From Planctomycetaceae bacterium (lineage in GTDB: Bacteria; Planctomycetota; Planctomycetia; Planctomycetales; Planctomycetaceae), in contig JAGQPY010000002.1 of assembly GCA_020426485.1 (NCBI GenBank), positions 1 through 62,770 on the forward strand: a stretch of DNA of 62,770 nt, read 5' to 3'. Positions 37,121 to 47,755 of this stretch are shown piece by piece (position 1 is the first letter of the stretch; each line of letters begins with the position of its first letter). The notes beneath the pieces are model-generated. The model ran no database searches. It was not told where the DNA came from and saw only the letters and a list, made by a program, of their open reading frames with translations. Made by a program: the position numbers and the translations under genes.

Positions 37121-38164
37121 CTATGATGCCACCAGCGACGCCAGAACTCGGCGTGTTCCTTTGAAGGTTCGGCGTCCATGCATGGCGACATAGTTATCCA
37201 CCAAAGCGACATCACCCGTTTTCCACGGCGTATTAAATGTGATTTCCTCTGCCATCTCGATCACGGTTCTCATAGTTGCGGGATCCAGCGGCGAGCCATC
37301 TCCAAACGTAATCGACTTTGACGGGTCATTGCGGCTGTCTTTCCATCCGTGAAACGCAGCGATCAGCTGATTGAAGAAGGTTGTTCTGCCGTCGTCCAGT
37401 TTTCTGACCGCCTGCAGGCGAGGCGTCGTGACTTTCAGACACCCATCATCCAGCCACTCCCAGGTATACCCCAGAGACTGCATGCGGCTTTCTGCCTCTT
37501 CCGGCGTCGCTGCTTTCCATGTGCTCTGCCAGCTGCGACCCATGCCGGAGCCGGCGTCATTTGAAGCGGGCATAATGTGTGAATACAGCAGCCCTTTGGC
37601 TTCGCAGTCCGCAGAGAATTCGGGAAGCCGTTTCTTCATTCGTTCGAAAAGCACGTCCGATCGGCAAAGGGGCGTTTCTCCACCTTCGTCAGCCGCCTTT
37701 TCGCAGAAGAAAAAGAGCTTGGAAGGATAAATCGGAGTCTGTGCCATTTCATGGTGCAGATAGATATTCACTTCCGGCGGAGCTTCGTTGGCCGTGAAGA
37801 CTTTTTCAGTTCTGTTCGTTCTCACCGCATTGGAAAGTGAGTCCTGGTATTTGAAATTCGGCAGGCCGAATGCCGAGAGAAATGCGTCGAAGTCGACGTC
37901 CGTCTGGACCGGAAAATCTCGAAACAGAATGGCCCCATGTTCGCTTGCCTGGCGACACAGTTGTTCCCGATTCTCAGAGATCCATGCGGTGGTCTGTTCC
38001 AGCGTCGCTTCCGGTGATTTGCATTGCAGGATCAATGGAAAGGTCGAAGTTCCGTCGTCGCTGCGAAGGCTGTCGAGCTTAAGTTCAGAAACGTTCATTG
38101 AGTTGTCCTTTTTTAAGGCGGGACCAGACTCGATGGAGCAGATGCCGTGAGACTGGCGAGTCAT
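37121..38164 (-). CDS. TauD/TfdA-family Fe(II)/2-oxoglutarate dioxygenase
   Basis: IYLHHEMAQ (HxE) and the C-terminal GDVALVDNYVAMHGRRTF are typical of the family. An alternative ATG lies at 38098. Confidence 0.85.
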   Translation of the reverse strand: MTRQSHGICSIESGPALKKDNSMNVSELKLDSLRSDDGTSTFPLILQCKSPEATLEQTTAWISENREQLCRQASEHGAILFRDFPVQTDVDFDAFLSAFGLPNFKYQDSLSNAVRTNRTEKVFTANEAPPEVNIYLHHEMAQTPIYPSKLFFFCEKAADEGGETPLCRSDVLFERMKKRLPEFSADCEAKGLLYSHIMPASNDAGSGMGRSWQSTWKAATPEEAESRMQSLGYTWEWLDDGCLKVTTPRLQAVRKLDDGRTTFFNQLIAAFHGWKDSRNDPSKSITFGDGSPLDPATMRTVIEMAEEITFNTPWKTGDVALVDNYVAMHGRRTFKGTRRVLASLVAS

Positions 38165-38197
38165 CGGGAGGGGGACTGGAAGGGTATCACCAGAACT

Positions 38198-39589
38198 TCA
38201 TTCATAGATGGGCAGAAAGGTGTTGAAGGCCGCTTCTCCGAAATGCCCCGGATCGTTGAACCGGCGGCCCTGATCGAGAGCACTGATTCTGTTCATCTGA
38301 TCGTCATTGAGCCGAAAGTTGAAGATGTCGATGTTCTCAATCATTCGTTCACGGGTTGACGTCTTCGGGATGACGGCCGTGCCTCGCTGCACTCCCCATC
38401 GCAGCAGCACCTGAGCCGGCGTCTTTCCACTTTCACCGGCAATCTCCCGAACAACGGGATTTTCCAGCAATGATTCCGCAGGATCTGCCATCCCAAGGCT
38501 GAAATAGCTTTGGGCTCCCAGCGGCGAAAATGCGGTGTATGCGATCCGCTCCTGCCGACAGTAACGCAGCAGCTTGTCCTGAGTCAGGTACGGATGAGAT
38601 TCCACCTGCAAAGCCGCAGGGCGAATTTTGGCGCTGGCCAGCAGGTCGCGCAGCTGGCTTGTCCCGAAATTGCAGACACCAATGTTTCGCACAAGGCCCG
38701 ACTTTGCCAGTTCTTCCATCGCCTGCCATGTTTCATGGATCGGGATTCGCGCTTCTTCAACACAGGGCTTCGCCACATCAGGGTTGAAAAACCATCCCGG
38801 CGGGTATCGAGTTTCAAACGGGACAAACCGCTGAGCGATTGGGAAATGAATCAGGTACAGGTCAAGGTATTCCAGCCCCAGATCATTCAGTGAGCGTTCA
38901 CAGGCCATGTGAACGTGTTCCGGAGCATGGTAAGTGTTCCACAGTTTGGACGTGACCCACAGATCTTCGCGGTCACAAAGGCCGTCCTTGACGGCGGATG
39001 CAATCCCCTGCCCGACTTCCGCTTCATTTCCGTAATCACAGGCACAGTCGAGATGCCGGTAGCCGACTTCGATTGCCGTTCGGCAGACGTCAGCGGTTTT
39101 TTCCTTGTCAACCTTCCAGAAACCAAAACCAACCATTGGAAGCCTGGCACCCCATTTCAGGCTGATTGATTCCACCTGATCATGGAAACTGCGTGCTGGT
39201 GCTGACGTTGATGTGACGGGCTGTGATTCGCTTGATGAGGACGTGTTCCGGCTGTTGGTGCGGGGAGATTTTTTCGCGGAGGCTTTTTTCTTCATGGCTT
39301 TCGTAGTTGCGGTCTTTACAGCAGAGGTTTTGACGGCGGCATCGGACAACACGACAGTTGCGGCCGGCTTCCCGGTTTGATCTTTCGTGGCGGCCTTGGT
39401 TTTTTGGCGAGCGGGCGCTCGCTGTATTGAAGCATCCTGATCCGCAACGTCAACGGGGCTGACAGGTGTGTTGCTCCCTGTCTTTTGACGCTTACCGGCT
39501 TTCCTCAACGGCTTTCCCTGGCTCGCCGGTTCTTCATCTGCATCCCAGAAGAACTGCAGCTGGTTGGGCAATGGGGCGAATTCATCCAC
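38198..39589 (-). CDS. Aldo/keto reductase with a ~150-aa Lys/Ala/Thr-rich N-terminal extension
   Basis: The AKR core starts at LPMVGFGFWKV...GYRHLDCACDYGNE...LYLIHFP. The upstream frame stays open for ~150 codons (KTKAATKDQTGKPAA...AMKKKASAKKSP). Confidence 0.85.
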   Translation of the reverse strand: MDEFAPLPNQLQFFWDADEEPASQGKPLRKAGKRQKTGSNTPVSPVDVADQDASIQRAPARQKTKAATKDQTGKPAATVVLSDAAVKTSAVKTATTKAMKKKASAKKSPRTNSRNTSSSSESQPVTSTSAPARSFHDQVESISLKWGARLPMVGFGFWKVDKEKTADVCRTAIEVGYRHLDCACDYGNEAEVGQGIASAVKDGLCDREDLWVTSKLWNTYHAPEHVHMACERSLNDLGLEYLDLYLIHFPIAQRFVPFETRYPPGWFFNPDVAKPCVEEARIPIHETWQAMEELAKSGLVRNIGVCNFGTSQLRDLLASAKIRPAALQVESHPYLTQDKLLRYCRQERIAYTAFSPLGAQSYFSLGMADPAESLLENPVVREIAGESGKTPAQVLLRWGVQRGTAVIPKTSTRERMIENIDIFNFRLNDDQMNRISALDQGRRFNDPGHFGEAAFNTFLPIYE

Positions 39590-39867
39590 CGGAGGTTTCC
39601 GTCGTTCGAGTCAGGTCGCTACTGCAATGGCTCCGAATGCAGTGCCGACAGTGTGACAATCGTGTCTGAAACCTTCTCCTCAGTTTCTGTCCGTGCGCGG
39701 CAGGTTGTTGCAGTATCGTCGTCCGGACGGCCGTATTCTAATCGAACGGTGCGATTTTCCGAGTTCTCTGGTTTTCCGTGCGGCGAAATCAATGGAAATT
39801 ATCCGCCGCGATTCCGGCCGCAATCCTTGCGGAATGCATTCTTCCGCTTGTCGTGTCACCGTGCGTT

Positions 39868-41067
39868 TCAGTCGCCTGCACCGAATGTAAATCTTAAGCC
39901 TTCGACTGACGACTGCAGTTCTCCGGTTGCAGACACCGTGACCTGAGCCAGTTGGCACGTTCGTGTGCCGGAAAGGTGACTCACTGAGTCGAACCATTTT
40001 TCCAGTTCCGATGTGATTTCCGGCGGAATGCCCTGATCTGCCGGACGCTGCACGTGTTCGGAAAACGCAATCACAATGTAACTGCGTGAAAAAGGGACTG
40101 TCGATTTAATGGAGTCCGTCTCCATAGAATCGACGACCTGCAAGGCAGATTGGGTTACTGCAAAAGTTCCGTCCTGCTGTGCCAGAGCCACTGCACCACC
40201 ATAAGCGTTCAGCATCGCGATCGTTGCTTTCCGGTCGGGGTTCTGGTCGGATTGCCTCAGACTTCTGGAGTGTATCCTGAGTGTGCCCGTTCGTTGTGTC
40301 GGCAGGACAATGACCAGCGCGCCGGAGTCAGGGATGGTGATGCCGGAAGTGTCAATGTAACTCACGGAACCGGAAAGAACGTGTTCAGCATTGATAGGAG
40401 CCACATCGACGGCTTCGGGCTCCTCTGAGTCGTCCTTTTGCGTTTGGGAGATGGAAGAGGACTGCCTTTGAGACGCCATCCACCATCCTGCTGCGAAGGC
40501 GACAGGAAGAAAGAAGACAGCAAACAGAATCGCAACAGCGGCCGCGCGGCCTTCCGATCGTGTGGCACGCATCTCCGCCAGAAGTTCTGCCGAATGACGA
40601 GCCTCGTCGTTCGTGTTTCCCGGCAGCGCCGCAAGTTCCGCAAGGGGTTCGTAAAGAATCTGAGGGTCGTCGGATTCCTCAAACGAATCATCATCGGTCG
40701 CTGCAGAAGTCGCCTCAGGTGCAGAAAAGGCAATGGGGTCTTCCTGATGGGTAGCTGACAACTGAACGGGAGCTGAATGCGGATGTTTCGACGACACGGT
40801 CGCAGCCCGGCCCATTGTCACCGCTGAAGCTGTTTCCGATGGCTCGGTGTCTGCGTCGTTCAATCGAGACAGCTCGGCCAGTGCCGTCAGCAGATTGTCG
40901 TCCGACTGGTGCAGCCTACCCGGCTGAGGCAGCTCTCGAATGCGACCGTCCAGATCCGGTACGCGCAAGGTGCGGCCGCACTGAGGGCAATCGACAACAG
41001 CGCTGGCTCGGGAACGGGAAATCCCCAGCAGTTGATGGCAGTGATGGCAGCGAAACTTGATGGGCAT
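39868..41067 (-). CDS. Zinc-ribbon membrane protein; last gene of the Tad-like locus
   Basis: MPIKFRCHHCHQLLGI...DCPQCGRTLRVPD (CxxC..CxxC), an acidic linker, the TM AVAILFAVFFLPVAFAAGWWMA and a ~190-aa C-terminal beta-rich domain. Confidence 0.8.
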   Translation of the reverse strand: MPIKFRCHHCHQLLGISRSRASAVVDCPQCGRTLRVPDLDGRIRELPQPGRLHQSDDNLLTALAELSRLNDADTEPSETASAVTMGRAATVSSKHPHSAPVQLSATHQEDPIAFSAPEATSAATDDDSFEESDDPQILYEPLAELAALPGNTNDEARHSAELLAEMRATRSEGRAAAVAILFAVFFLPVAFAAGWWMASQRQSSSISQTQKDDSEEPEAVDVAPINAEHVLSGSVSYIDTSGITIPDSGALVIVLPTQRTGTLRIHSRSLRQSDQNPDRKATIAMLNAYGGAVALAQQDGTFAVTQSALQVVDSMETDSIKSTVPFSRSYIVIAFSEHVQRPADQGIPPEITSELEKWFDSVSHLSGTRTCQLAQVTVSATGELQSSVEGLRFTFGAGD

Positions 41068-41191
41068 CTGCCCTGTCCGTCTGGTGAAAGGGAATCACCT
41101 GATTCATACTTCTCACCATTGTGGACATCCGATTTCACTCACGCAAACCTGCAGGCGGTTTCGATATCGGAAACTCCAGAGCAAACAGTCG

Positions 41192-42583
41192 TCAGTTTGA
41201 TGAGTCCGGAACGGCGACGGGTTGCAGTTCCAGTGACTGGACAGCTTCTGCTCGGTTTTCCAGAATCGTGCCGGCCGTGTTGTCGAAGAAGTTTGTCATG
41301 TCGACAATGGCCGGGCCGAGCAGGAACAGGAATACGGACGGCATCAGGCATAGAGTGGTCGGGAACAGCAGTTTGAAGGCTGCGGAATTCGCCTGTGTAT
41401 CCGCTCGCTCCCGCAGACTGCTTCTCATGCTGTCGCTGTAGTCTCTGAGCGCCTGAGAAATACTGGTTCCAGTGGCTTCGGCCTGCATCAGCAAAGATGT
41501 GAAGGAATTGACCTCTGGTGAATCGATGCGGGAAGAGAAGCCGCGAAGCGCAGTACTCAGTGAACCGACGCTGGCCTGTTGACTGACGATGCTCAGTTCC
41601 TGACTGAGTGCCGGATGAGCCGGAGCGATTTCGCGGGTAATTCGTGACAGAGCTTTGGGAACCGTCAGCCCCTGACTCACGCCCATGTTGAGCATGTCCA
41701 GAACGTCCGGCAGGCCTCGTTCAATATCGATGCGTCGTTCAGCCGCCTGATGTCCAACGACCAGCGGAGGAACGGCCCACAAAAGGAGCGGCAGTAATAC
41801 GACTGTCCCCAGGAGAATCATTTCCAGTTGTGGCGGTGCCATCAACAGCCAGAAGCCGCTGATGACCAGTGCCAGAAACGCCAGTACGAACCGGACAGCA
41901 TTTAGATTGATCCACGCTGCACGCGAGTGATATCCCGCTGCAAGAAGATTCTTTCGCTGCAGCTCACGCCGCGTTTCTGACTCGGGCAACATTTCGGCCA
42001 GTGCAGGAGTGACCGACCCGAAGACCATGTCGTCTTCAGGCATCGGCAGGCTCTCGGGCCGAATCCTGCTGTCAGGGCCGCCGGATCTGCGATTCAGGAT
42101 TCCGTCAAATTCGGCGAACAGCGGACGAGACTTTGAGGATGAGCCGACACTTGTCAGGGTGGCCGTCGTTTCTGCCCCCGTTGAATTTGATGCCGCTTCC
42201 ACAGTACCCGAACCGAAGGCAGACGATGCCTGCAGATTGCTTGAACCGACGGCCGTGATCGGCCTGAGTTCTTCACGATTGGCGTTGAGCAGCGCAGCTG
42301 AGGCGGTCGTCGCCGGATCAGGCCATTCCGCTCGACGATTCAGCCCGTCTCCGGAAGCCATTCCCTGAAGTGACTGCGCACCCGAAGTCGGGCTGCCGGT
42401 GGAACTGCTGCCCGAGGAACTGCCATCGGTGAAGATTGACGGAAGCTGCTTTCGTCGCAGCGATAAATCTCCGGATTGTGAGCTGGAACCCTTTACCATC
42501 TGGTAGAGACCGTAACCGGCTCCCAGAACGATCAGGGCGATTGCAATTCCAGTGAACATTGTCAGTCTCCAGTTGGTCGTCAC
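41192..42583 (-). CDS. tadC: TadC-like T2SS-F family inner-membrane platform protein with a long Ser/Gly/Thr-rich N-terminal insertion
   Basis: The C-terminal ~230 aa fit the T2SSF pattern (LPDVLDMLNMGVSQGLTV...ALRDYSDSMR...LLFPTTLCLMPSVFLFLLGPA). GTG 42583 or ATG 42559 start. Confidence 0.85.
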   Translation of the reverse strand: MTTNWRLTMFTGIAIALIVLGAGYGLYQMVKGSSSQSGDLSLRRKQLPSIFTDGSSSGSSSTGSPTSGAQSLQGMASGDGLNRRAEWPDPATTASAALLNANREELRPITAVGSSNLQASSAFGSGTVEAASNSTGAETTATLTSVGSSSKSRPLFAEFDGILNRRSGGPDSRIRPESLPMPEDDMVFGSVTPALAEMLPESETRRELQRKNLLAAGYHSRAAWINLNAVRFVLAFLALVISGFWLLMAPPQLEMILLGTVVLLPLLLWAVPPLVVGHQAAERRIDIERGLPDVLDMLNMGVSQGLTVPKALSRITREIAPAHPALSQELSIVSQQASVGSLSTALRGFSSRIDSPEVNSFTSLLMQAEATGTSISQALRDYSDSMRSSLRERADTQANSAAFKLLFPTTLCLMPSVFLFLLGPAIVDMTNFFDNTAGTILENRAEAVQSLELQPVAVPDSSN

Positions 42584-42728
42584 TTGCGACCTGAAATCAT
42601 GATCGTGAGATCACGTTGATACCGCAGGCTGAGTTTCGTCTGCTTCGGCGGTCATTGGATTGAATGGGTTCAGGTTGATCAGGTGAATTCTTTCGGACGG
42701 CTTTATGACTGCCGTTTTCCAAATGCGA

Positions 42729-43610
42729 CTAAAACCTGGAGCTGCGTCGCAGAATTCGGAAGACAAAGAACGCACCAACAATCTGCAGCGTGATGGCGAT
42801 TCCAAGGGAAAGTCGTCCCCAGAAGGAACTCAGCAGTTCGTTCAGGTAGTTATCTCGTGTCACGGTAAAGAACAGAATCACCAGCGGTGGAATCACCAGC
42901 ATCATGATGGCTCCCAGGCGACTGGCCACCGTTGCTGCCTTCAGCCGATTGACAAAATGCAGCCTGTCACGCACGGCCGCAGCGAGTCGTTCGAGCACCT
43001 GAATGAGATCGCCGCCGGTTTCCTGATGAACACTGATCGCGGAACTGAACATTGTCAGTGTGGAGACACCTGTTCGTTCGAAGAGGTCTCGCACCGCGCT
43101 TCCAAGGTCCAGTCCCATTTCGGTTCGGCGAACAGCCAGCCGCAGCTCATCGCCCAGAGGGGACGGAGTATCGGCCGCGACCATTCGGAAAGAATGTTCG
43201 ACGTTACGTCCGGTTCTCGCTGCTCGCGCCAGTTCTTCTGCCATTCCCGGCAGTTGTTCCATGATCTGATTCTGACGGCGGTTGCGAAAGTAGGAAGCGA
43301 GTGCCAGCGGTGCCGCCAGACCAAGGAGGAATCCAAAGATTGTGGTCGGCAGACTTTCTGTCACCACGAACAGCAGACCTCCCAGTGACATCCCGGTCAG
43401 AGCACAGAGCAACAGCCAGACGCTCGGAGCTGTCCGCAGACCGGATTGCAGCATCAGTCGGTCGAACCAGCCATTGACGGCTTCTCCCGGGCCCGCGGAT
43501 TCACCCGTCGAAAATCGAACATCTTCTTTCAGGATGCCGGAAAAACCGGGTTGTGCCATGACGGGGCCGGGGTGTAATTGCGAAGGCATCTTGATGGCTC
43601 TCCATGACAC
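42729..43610 (-). CDS. tadB: TadB-like T2SS-F family inner-membrane platform protein
   Basis: LPGMAEELARAARTGRNVEHSF...IHQETGGDLIQVLERLAAAVRDR...MLVIPPLVILFF. GTG 43610 or ATG 43589 start. Confidence 0.88.
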   Translation of the reverse strand: MSWRAIKMPSQLHPGPVMAQPGFSGILKEDVRFSTGESAGPGEAVNGWFDRLMLQSGLRTAPSVWLLLCALTGMSLGGLLFVVTESLPTTIFGFLLGLAAPLALASYFRNRRQNQIMEQLPGMAEELARAARTGRNVEHSFRMVAADTPSPLGDELRLAVRRTEMGLDLGSAVRDLFERTGVSTLTMFSSAISVHQETGGDLIQVLERLAAAVRDRLHFVNRLKAATVASRLGAIMMLVIPPLVILFFTVTRDNYLNELLSSFWGRLSLGIAITLQIVGAFFVFRILRRSSRF

Positions 43611-43884
43611 GCGACGGCGGTGTCATTCATTCTTGATCTGTGCCGGACAGTTAACGGATTACTGCTGCTGTGGGTCGGAAGATGTGGAGAGTGTGTGTCT
43701 CCTCGAAATCCGAATGTGAGCACCGCTCCGTCAGTTCCTGTCAGGTGTTGCTTCAGTCTCGTTCAAGTATCCGTTTGCTCTCTTGCCACGTCGTACTCAG
43801 TTTTGTCGTTTAAAGGCGGATTCGATTGGTGAGCGAGGTCCGGTGCGAGCTGCATGCTCACAGACGGAATCAACCTGTCCCCTT

Positions 43885-45237
43885 TTAGTGGGATTCATCT
43901 GAATCCGCATGGTTTTGTTTCTGTGATGTTTCCAGTTCGCGTGGTTCGAAGAGCGGCTTGTACTGGCTGACGTCAAACCCGGTGGCAGCCAGACGACGGA
44001 GGCTGACGGGTTCGTGACCGGTTGCGTAAAAAGCGCCCAGTGTTCGACCATCAGCGGCCTGTCCCGAAGCACGATAGACGAACAGATCTTCCATCTGGTA
44101 CTCACCGTCTCGGATGCCGACCAGTTCGGAAATACGAGTCACCCGGCGCTCGCCGGTGTGAAGTCGAGTGACATGAATCACGATGTCCACGGCATTAGCG
44201 ATGTACTGTCGGGCAATTCTTGGCGGAAGTTCGGTGCCGGAAAGAGCAACCATCAGTTCCAGTCGGTCCAGCGTTTCTCGCGGATTGTTCGCATGAACGG
44301 TGCTCATCGAACCATCGTGGCCCGTGTTCATTGCCTGCAGCATGTCGAGAACTTCACCGCCTCGTGACTCGCCGACTATGATGCGGTCCGGTCGCATTCG
44401 CAGTGCGTTTCTGAGCAGATCTCGCTGAGTAACGGCCCCCTTGCCTTCCATGTTCGGCAGACGTGTTTCCAGCGGAATCACGTCCGACTGCTGCAGTTTG
44501 AGTTCCGCCGTTTCTTCGATTGTGACAACGCGCTGGCTGTCCGGAATGAAGCGGCTCATGCAATTCAGCAGCGTGGTTTTACCAGCACCTGTTCCACCGC
44601 TGACGATGATGTTCATTCGGGCTCGAACGGCCAGAATCAGAAAATCCGCCATGGCTGGTGCGAGGGAGCCGAAACCGATCATGTCCTCCATAGCCAGTCG
44701 TTTGTTTCCGAATCGACGAATGGAAACCGTGGGACCGCACAGGGCCAGTGGAGGAATCACGGCGTTGAATCGGGAACCATCGGGAAGTCGGGCGTCCACG
44801 ATTGGATTGGATTCGTCAATGCGACGCCCCGCTCTGCCGACCAGTCGCTGAATGAACTGCATCAGGTGCTGGTCATCCGCAAAGTGAATGTCAGTCGGTT
44901 GCAGCTGCCCCTTCTTTTCGACAAGCACTCGGTCGGGGCCATTCACCAGAACGTCCGTGACATCCGGATCGTTCATCAGTGGTTCCAGCGGACCGAATCC
45001 GTAAATTTCATCCATGATCTCACTGACCATCGCGTCACGCTGCTGGCCACTGAGATTCGTTTCTGATCGTGAGCAGAGGTATTCAGCCAGACTTCGAAGC
45101 TGTCCCCGAAGATCATCTTCCGTCATCGATTCCGCTCTGGAAAAGTCAATGACATCGATCATCTGTCGATGCAGGCTCTGCTTCAGTCGCTGAAAGTCTC
45201 GAGTGGTGGTGAGAGCCGGATTGAATGCGGTGACCAT
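43885..45237 (-). CDS. cpaF: CpaF/TadA-type secretion ATPase
   Basis: Walker [14 protein letters not shown], then ETAEL and [32 protein letters not shown]. Confidence 0.95.
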   Translation of the reverse strand: MVTAFNPALTTTRDFQRLKQSLHRQMIDVIDFSRAESMTEDDLRGQLRSLAEYLCSRSETNLSGQQRDAMVSEIMDEIYGFGPLEPLMNDPDVTDVLVNGPDRVLVEKKGQLQPTDIHFADDQHLMQFIQRLVGRAGRRIDESNPIVDARLPDGSRFNAVIPPLALCGPTVSIRRFGNKRLAMEDMIGFGSLAPAMADFLILAVRARMNIIVSGGTGAGKTTLLNCMSRFIPDSQRVVTIEETAELKLQQSDVIPLETRLPNMEGKGAVTQRDLLRNALRMRPDRIIVGESRGGEVLDMLQAMNTGHDGSMSTVHANNPRETLDRLELMVALSGTELPPRIARQYIANAVDIVIHVTRLHTGERRVTRISELVGIRDGEYQMEDLFVYRASGQAADGRTLGAFYATGHEPVSLRRLAATGFDVSQYKPLFEPRELETSQKQNHADSDESH

Positions 45238-45413
45238 AGCTGCAAACCCTGTACTGACAGGTGAATTCTTCTGTTCCGGGAAAATGAAGCCCTTCGCATC
45301 GATTATCGAGTCACGAAGCAGCGACGATTAAGTTCTCATACAACAACGGTTTACTCTGCTTGAGGCATCTATTGCCGAAAGTCGTTAGACTGCCCTTCGC
45401 CCGCAGAAACAGA

Positions 45414-46607
45414 CTATTTCATCAGGCAGATTTTCCAGATGTAGGGATTCGACGGATCGCAGATACCCTGTTCTGTGGTCAGGATTGTCGGAGTGCTGAT
45501 CGCGGACGGCTGAATCGTGAGGGTCCATCCACCGTCACTGACTGCATCGACTGCAAGAATTCTTCCGGCCACCAAGCGCGTGAGCCGGATGCTTCCATCA
45601 TCGTTCGAACCTGTTTCGCTCAGGTCATACAGCGGAAAGATTCTTCTGCTTCCCACAAGCTGTTTCAGGCCTGTGGCGATGACCATTGATTCTTCAGCAC
45701 CCATTTCTGCCGCCCAGGCATTCCGCGGAAACGCGGTTTTCTGTTCACCGATGGACTGCTGGTCGGCAACCGTGAAGCCGGATGTGATCTGTCGGCCGAT
45801 CGCATTTCGATTGATCGCTGGTGCTGCAAGACTGACGAGAAGCCCGGTGCCGGCACCGGGAACTGCACCTCCCACGCGGACTTCGAATTCGGGAATTCGG
45901 TCAGGGATGCTGTCCGGCGTCTGTGCGACGTTGTTCCAGGTCCAGAGGTCACTGCCATGCCCCTGTTCAACTTCGAAAGACCAGCAACCGCGAACCGGCT
46001 GAGTGGCATGATCAGGAAGGGCGACCGGGAGCCAGGGCACCGGATTCGTCACCGTTGGCAGAAACCCGCAGACATCATTTCGCAGGCTGACCTGTGCTTT
46101 GGAGGCAACCGCCACACGTCGGGATGCTCCGGATCCGACCATCAACAGATCTCCGCTTCCAGGCTCCGCGGCGCTGGAACTGCTGACTTCGACACTGGTT
46201 GGAAGATATCCTGACCACCGGGCCTGTGTGTCAACATGACCAAAGGAAACCCGGACGTCATTCTCGGCTATTGCCGGCACTGATGTGCGCTTGGCATACT
46301 CTTTCGCGACCTGCATCGCGGCTCCGGCAGCGGCGAGTTTCTGGCCTTCGACTTCAAATCCGGTCCGGTGATAACGAAGCAAATCATCGGAAATCATATT
46401 GCGAGCGGCAGCCAGGGCAGCAGACTGCGCACAGCGTTGAGATTCTGTTCTGAGCCAGCTGACGTAACCGATGTTGGCCACCAGAGCAACACACAGCAGA
46501 CATGCTGCCATCATCAGAACCGTCCACAGACTCAGGGAGCCTCGACGGCTGTTTGAAGGAGATTTTCTCCTGTCAGTGAATCTTCGTTTCACGTCCGAAG
46601 ACTCCAA
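45414..46607 (-). CDS. TadG-like membrane-anchored protein (no VWA/MIDAS seen)
   Basis: The N-terminus RRGSLSLWTVLMMAACLLCVALVANIGYV resembles the TadE/G-like anchor. 397 aa. It occupies the position where a secretin would be expected. Start uncertain (TTG 46607 or GTG 46592). Confidence 0.72.
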   Translation of the reverse strand: MESSDVKRRFTDRRKSPSNSRRGSLSLWTVLMMAACLLCVALVANIGYVSWLRTESQRCAQSAALAAARNMISDDLLRYHRTGFEVEGQKLAAAGAAMQVAKEYAKRTSVPAIAENDVRVSFGHVDTQARWSGYLPTSVEVSSSSAAEPGSGDLLMVGSGASRRVAVASKAQVSLRNDVCGFLPTVTNPVPWLPVALPDHATQPVRGCWSFEVEQGHGSDLWTWNNVAQTPDSIPDRIPEFEVRVGGAVPGAGTGLLVSLAAPAINRNAIGRQITSGFTVADQQSIGEQKTAFPRNAWAAEMGAEESMVIATGLKQLVGSRRIFPLYDLSETGSNDDGSIRLTRLVAGRILAVDAVSDGGWTLTIQPSAISTPTILTTEQGICDPSNPYIWKICLMK

Positions 46608-46759
46608 TCGTTACGTTAAGGCATGTTGCCGGTTGAAGGGCCGTCAGAAAAACAGGCTGGTCTCCACATGAGACGCAGCCTGAAGAAGCAGAAGGCAATG
46701 TTTGCTTGTGCTGAAGGAACCGCCAAATGTCGTCTCGGTCCTCGCTCAACAAAATCGAA

Positions 46760-47755
46760 TTAAAGGGATCCTGATCCGGTTCCCTGAAGCTGAGTGAGAT
46801 CCTGACTGCGTTGACTGTCATCAATGAGAGTCGCATCCCAGCCTGCTGAACCGACGTCAGACCCCTGCAGAGGCGAACCGCCGTTGTAGGTTCCATCGAC
46901 CGTGGCTCCCTGTCGCAGAGCACGCATTCGGCTCATCGGGCGACCATTTTCGTCATAGTAAACCGCACTGCGGATACCGTTTCGAAACTGTTCTGTGACA
47001 AAGGGTTCGTCCGCTTCTTCTTCCTCAAGACCCAGAATTTCACTGAGCATCAATCGGTCACTGCGAGATGCATGAACGCTCACACCGCCATTCCCCGGGC
47101 CGGAAGGATTGTAAGTGAGGCTGATTTCTCCTTTGTCTTTCGCCAGCACGAGAATCTTCTGCTGATCGGGGGACACTTCCAAGGTCACTTCGTTGCGGTC
47201 AATCCCGCCTCCGACTGTTGTGCTGCTTCCGTTGACGGCATAAACCCGAACTCCGTCGAACAACTGCAGAACCATGGCATCGCGCGAGCGATTGCCACTG
47301 CGAACCCCCGACAACGACATCATGACGTCGACATAGTTGCCCGGACGAATCAGTCCGCTGACGATTCCTGTACTGTCTCCGACGGAAACGCTGACCAGAC
47401 GGTTGCCCGGAGCAATATTGATCTCAGGTCCCTGTCCGACGGGATACAGGTCTGACAGCCGAATCGGAGTAGCCGCGGAAATGCGATTTCGAGCGACTCG
47501 TCCGGCCAGGGCATTGACCGAAAGTACGGTGTCCGGGGTCAGTTTGTCGGGGTCGGCCGGACCTTCACCGAGGTAATTGGACTGGATGCGAATTCCCGGC
47601 TCAATGTCGGACAGAGCCATCGGAACATTTCGGCGAGCGACTTCAGGGGCCTTTGGAGGCTGTGCCGCGAACAGCTTCTTGAAAATGAACCCCACTGAAA
47701 GGGCTGCAACGATCAGAAAAGCGGCGACAGCCAGCATCCACGGAGTAAGTTTCAC
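46760..47755 (-). CDS. cpaB: CpaB/RcpC-like Flp pilus assembly protein
   Basis: N-terminal TM WMLAVAAFLIVAALSVGFIF. SAF-like VPMALSDIEPGIRIQSNYL. A beta-clip region. GTG 47755 or ATG 47737 start. Confidence 0.82.
   Translation of the reverse strand: MKLTPWMLAVAAFLIVAALSVGFIFKKLFAAQPPKAPEVARRNVPMALSDIEPGIRIQSNYLGEGPADPDKLTPDTVLSVNALAGRVARNRISAATPIRLSDLYPVGQGPEINIAPGNRLVSVSVGDSTGIVSGLIRPGNYVDVMMSLSGVRSGNRSRDAMVLQLFDGVRVYAVNGSSTTVGGGIDRNEVTLEVSPDQQKILVLAKDKGEISLTYNPSGPGNGGVSVHASRSDRLMLSEILGLEEEEADEPFVTEQFRNGIRSAVYYDENGRPMSRMRALRQGATVDGTYNGGSPLQGSDVGSAGWDATLIDDSQRSQDLTQLQGTGSGSL

Noticed and set aside
43611-43884. Search for a short Flp pilin gene in Tad-locus intergenic gaps (also 41068..41191, 45238..45413, 47756..47932 and 48395..48554)
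   Set aside because: Minus-strand reading from each ATG gives either immediate stops or peptides without a hydrophobic G/xxxxEY-type Flp signature. One example is the 64-aa ORF 43529..43723, which is Ser/His/Pro/Arg-rich. No pilin is called.
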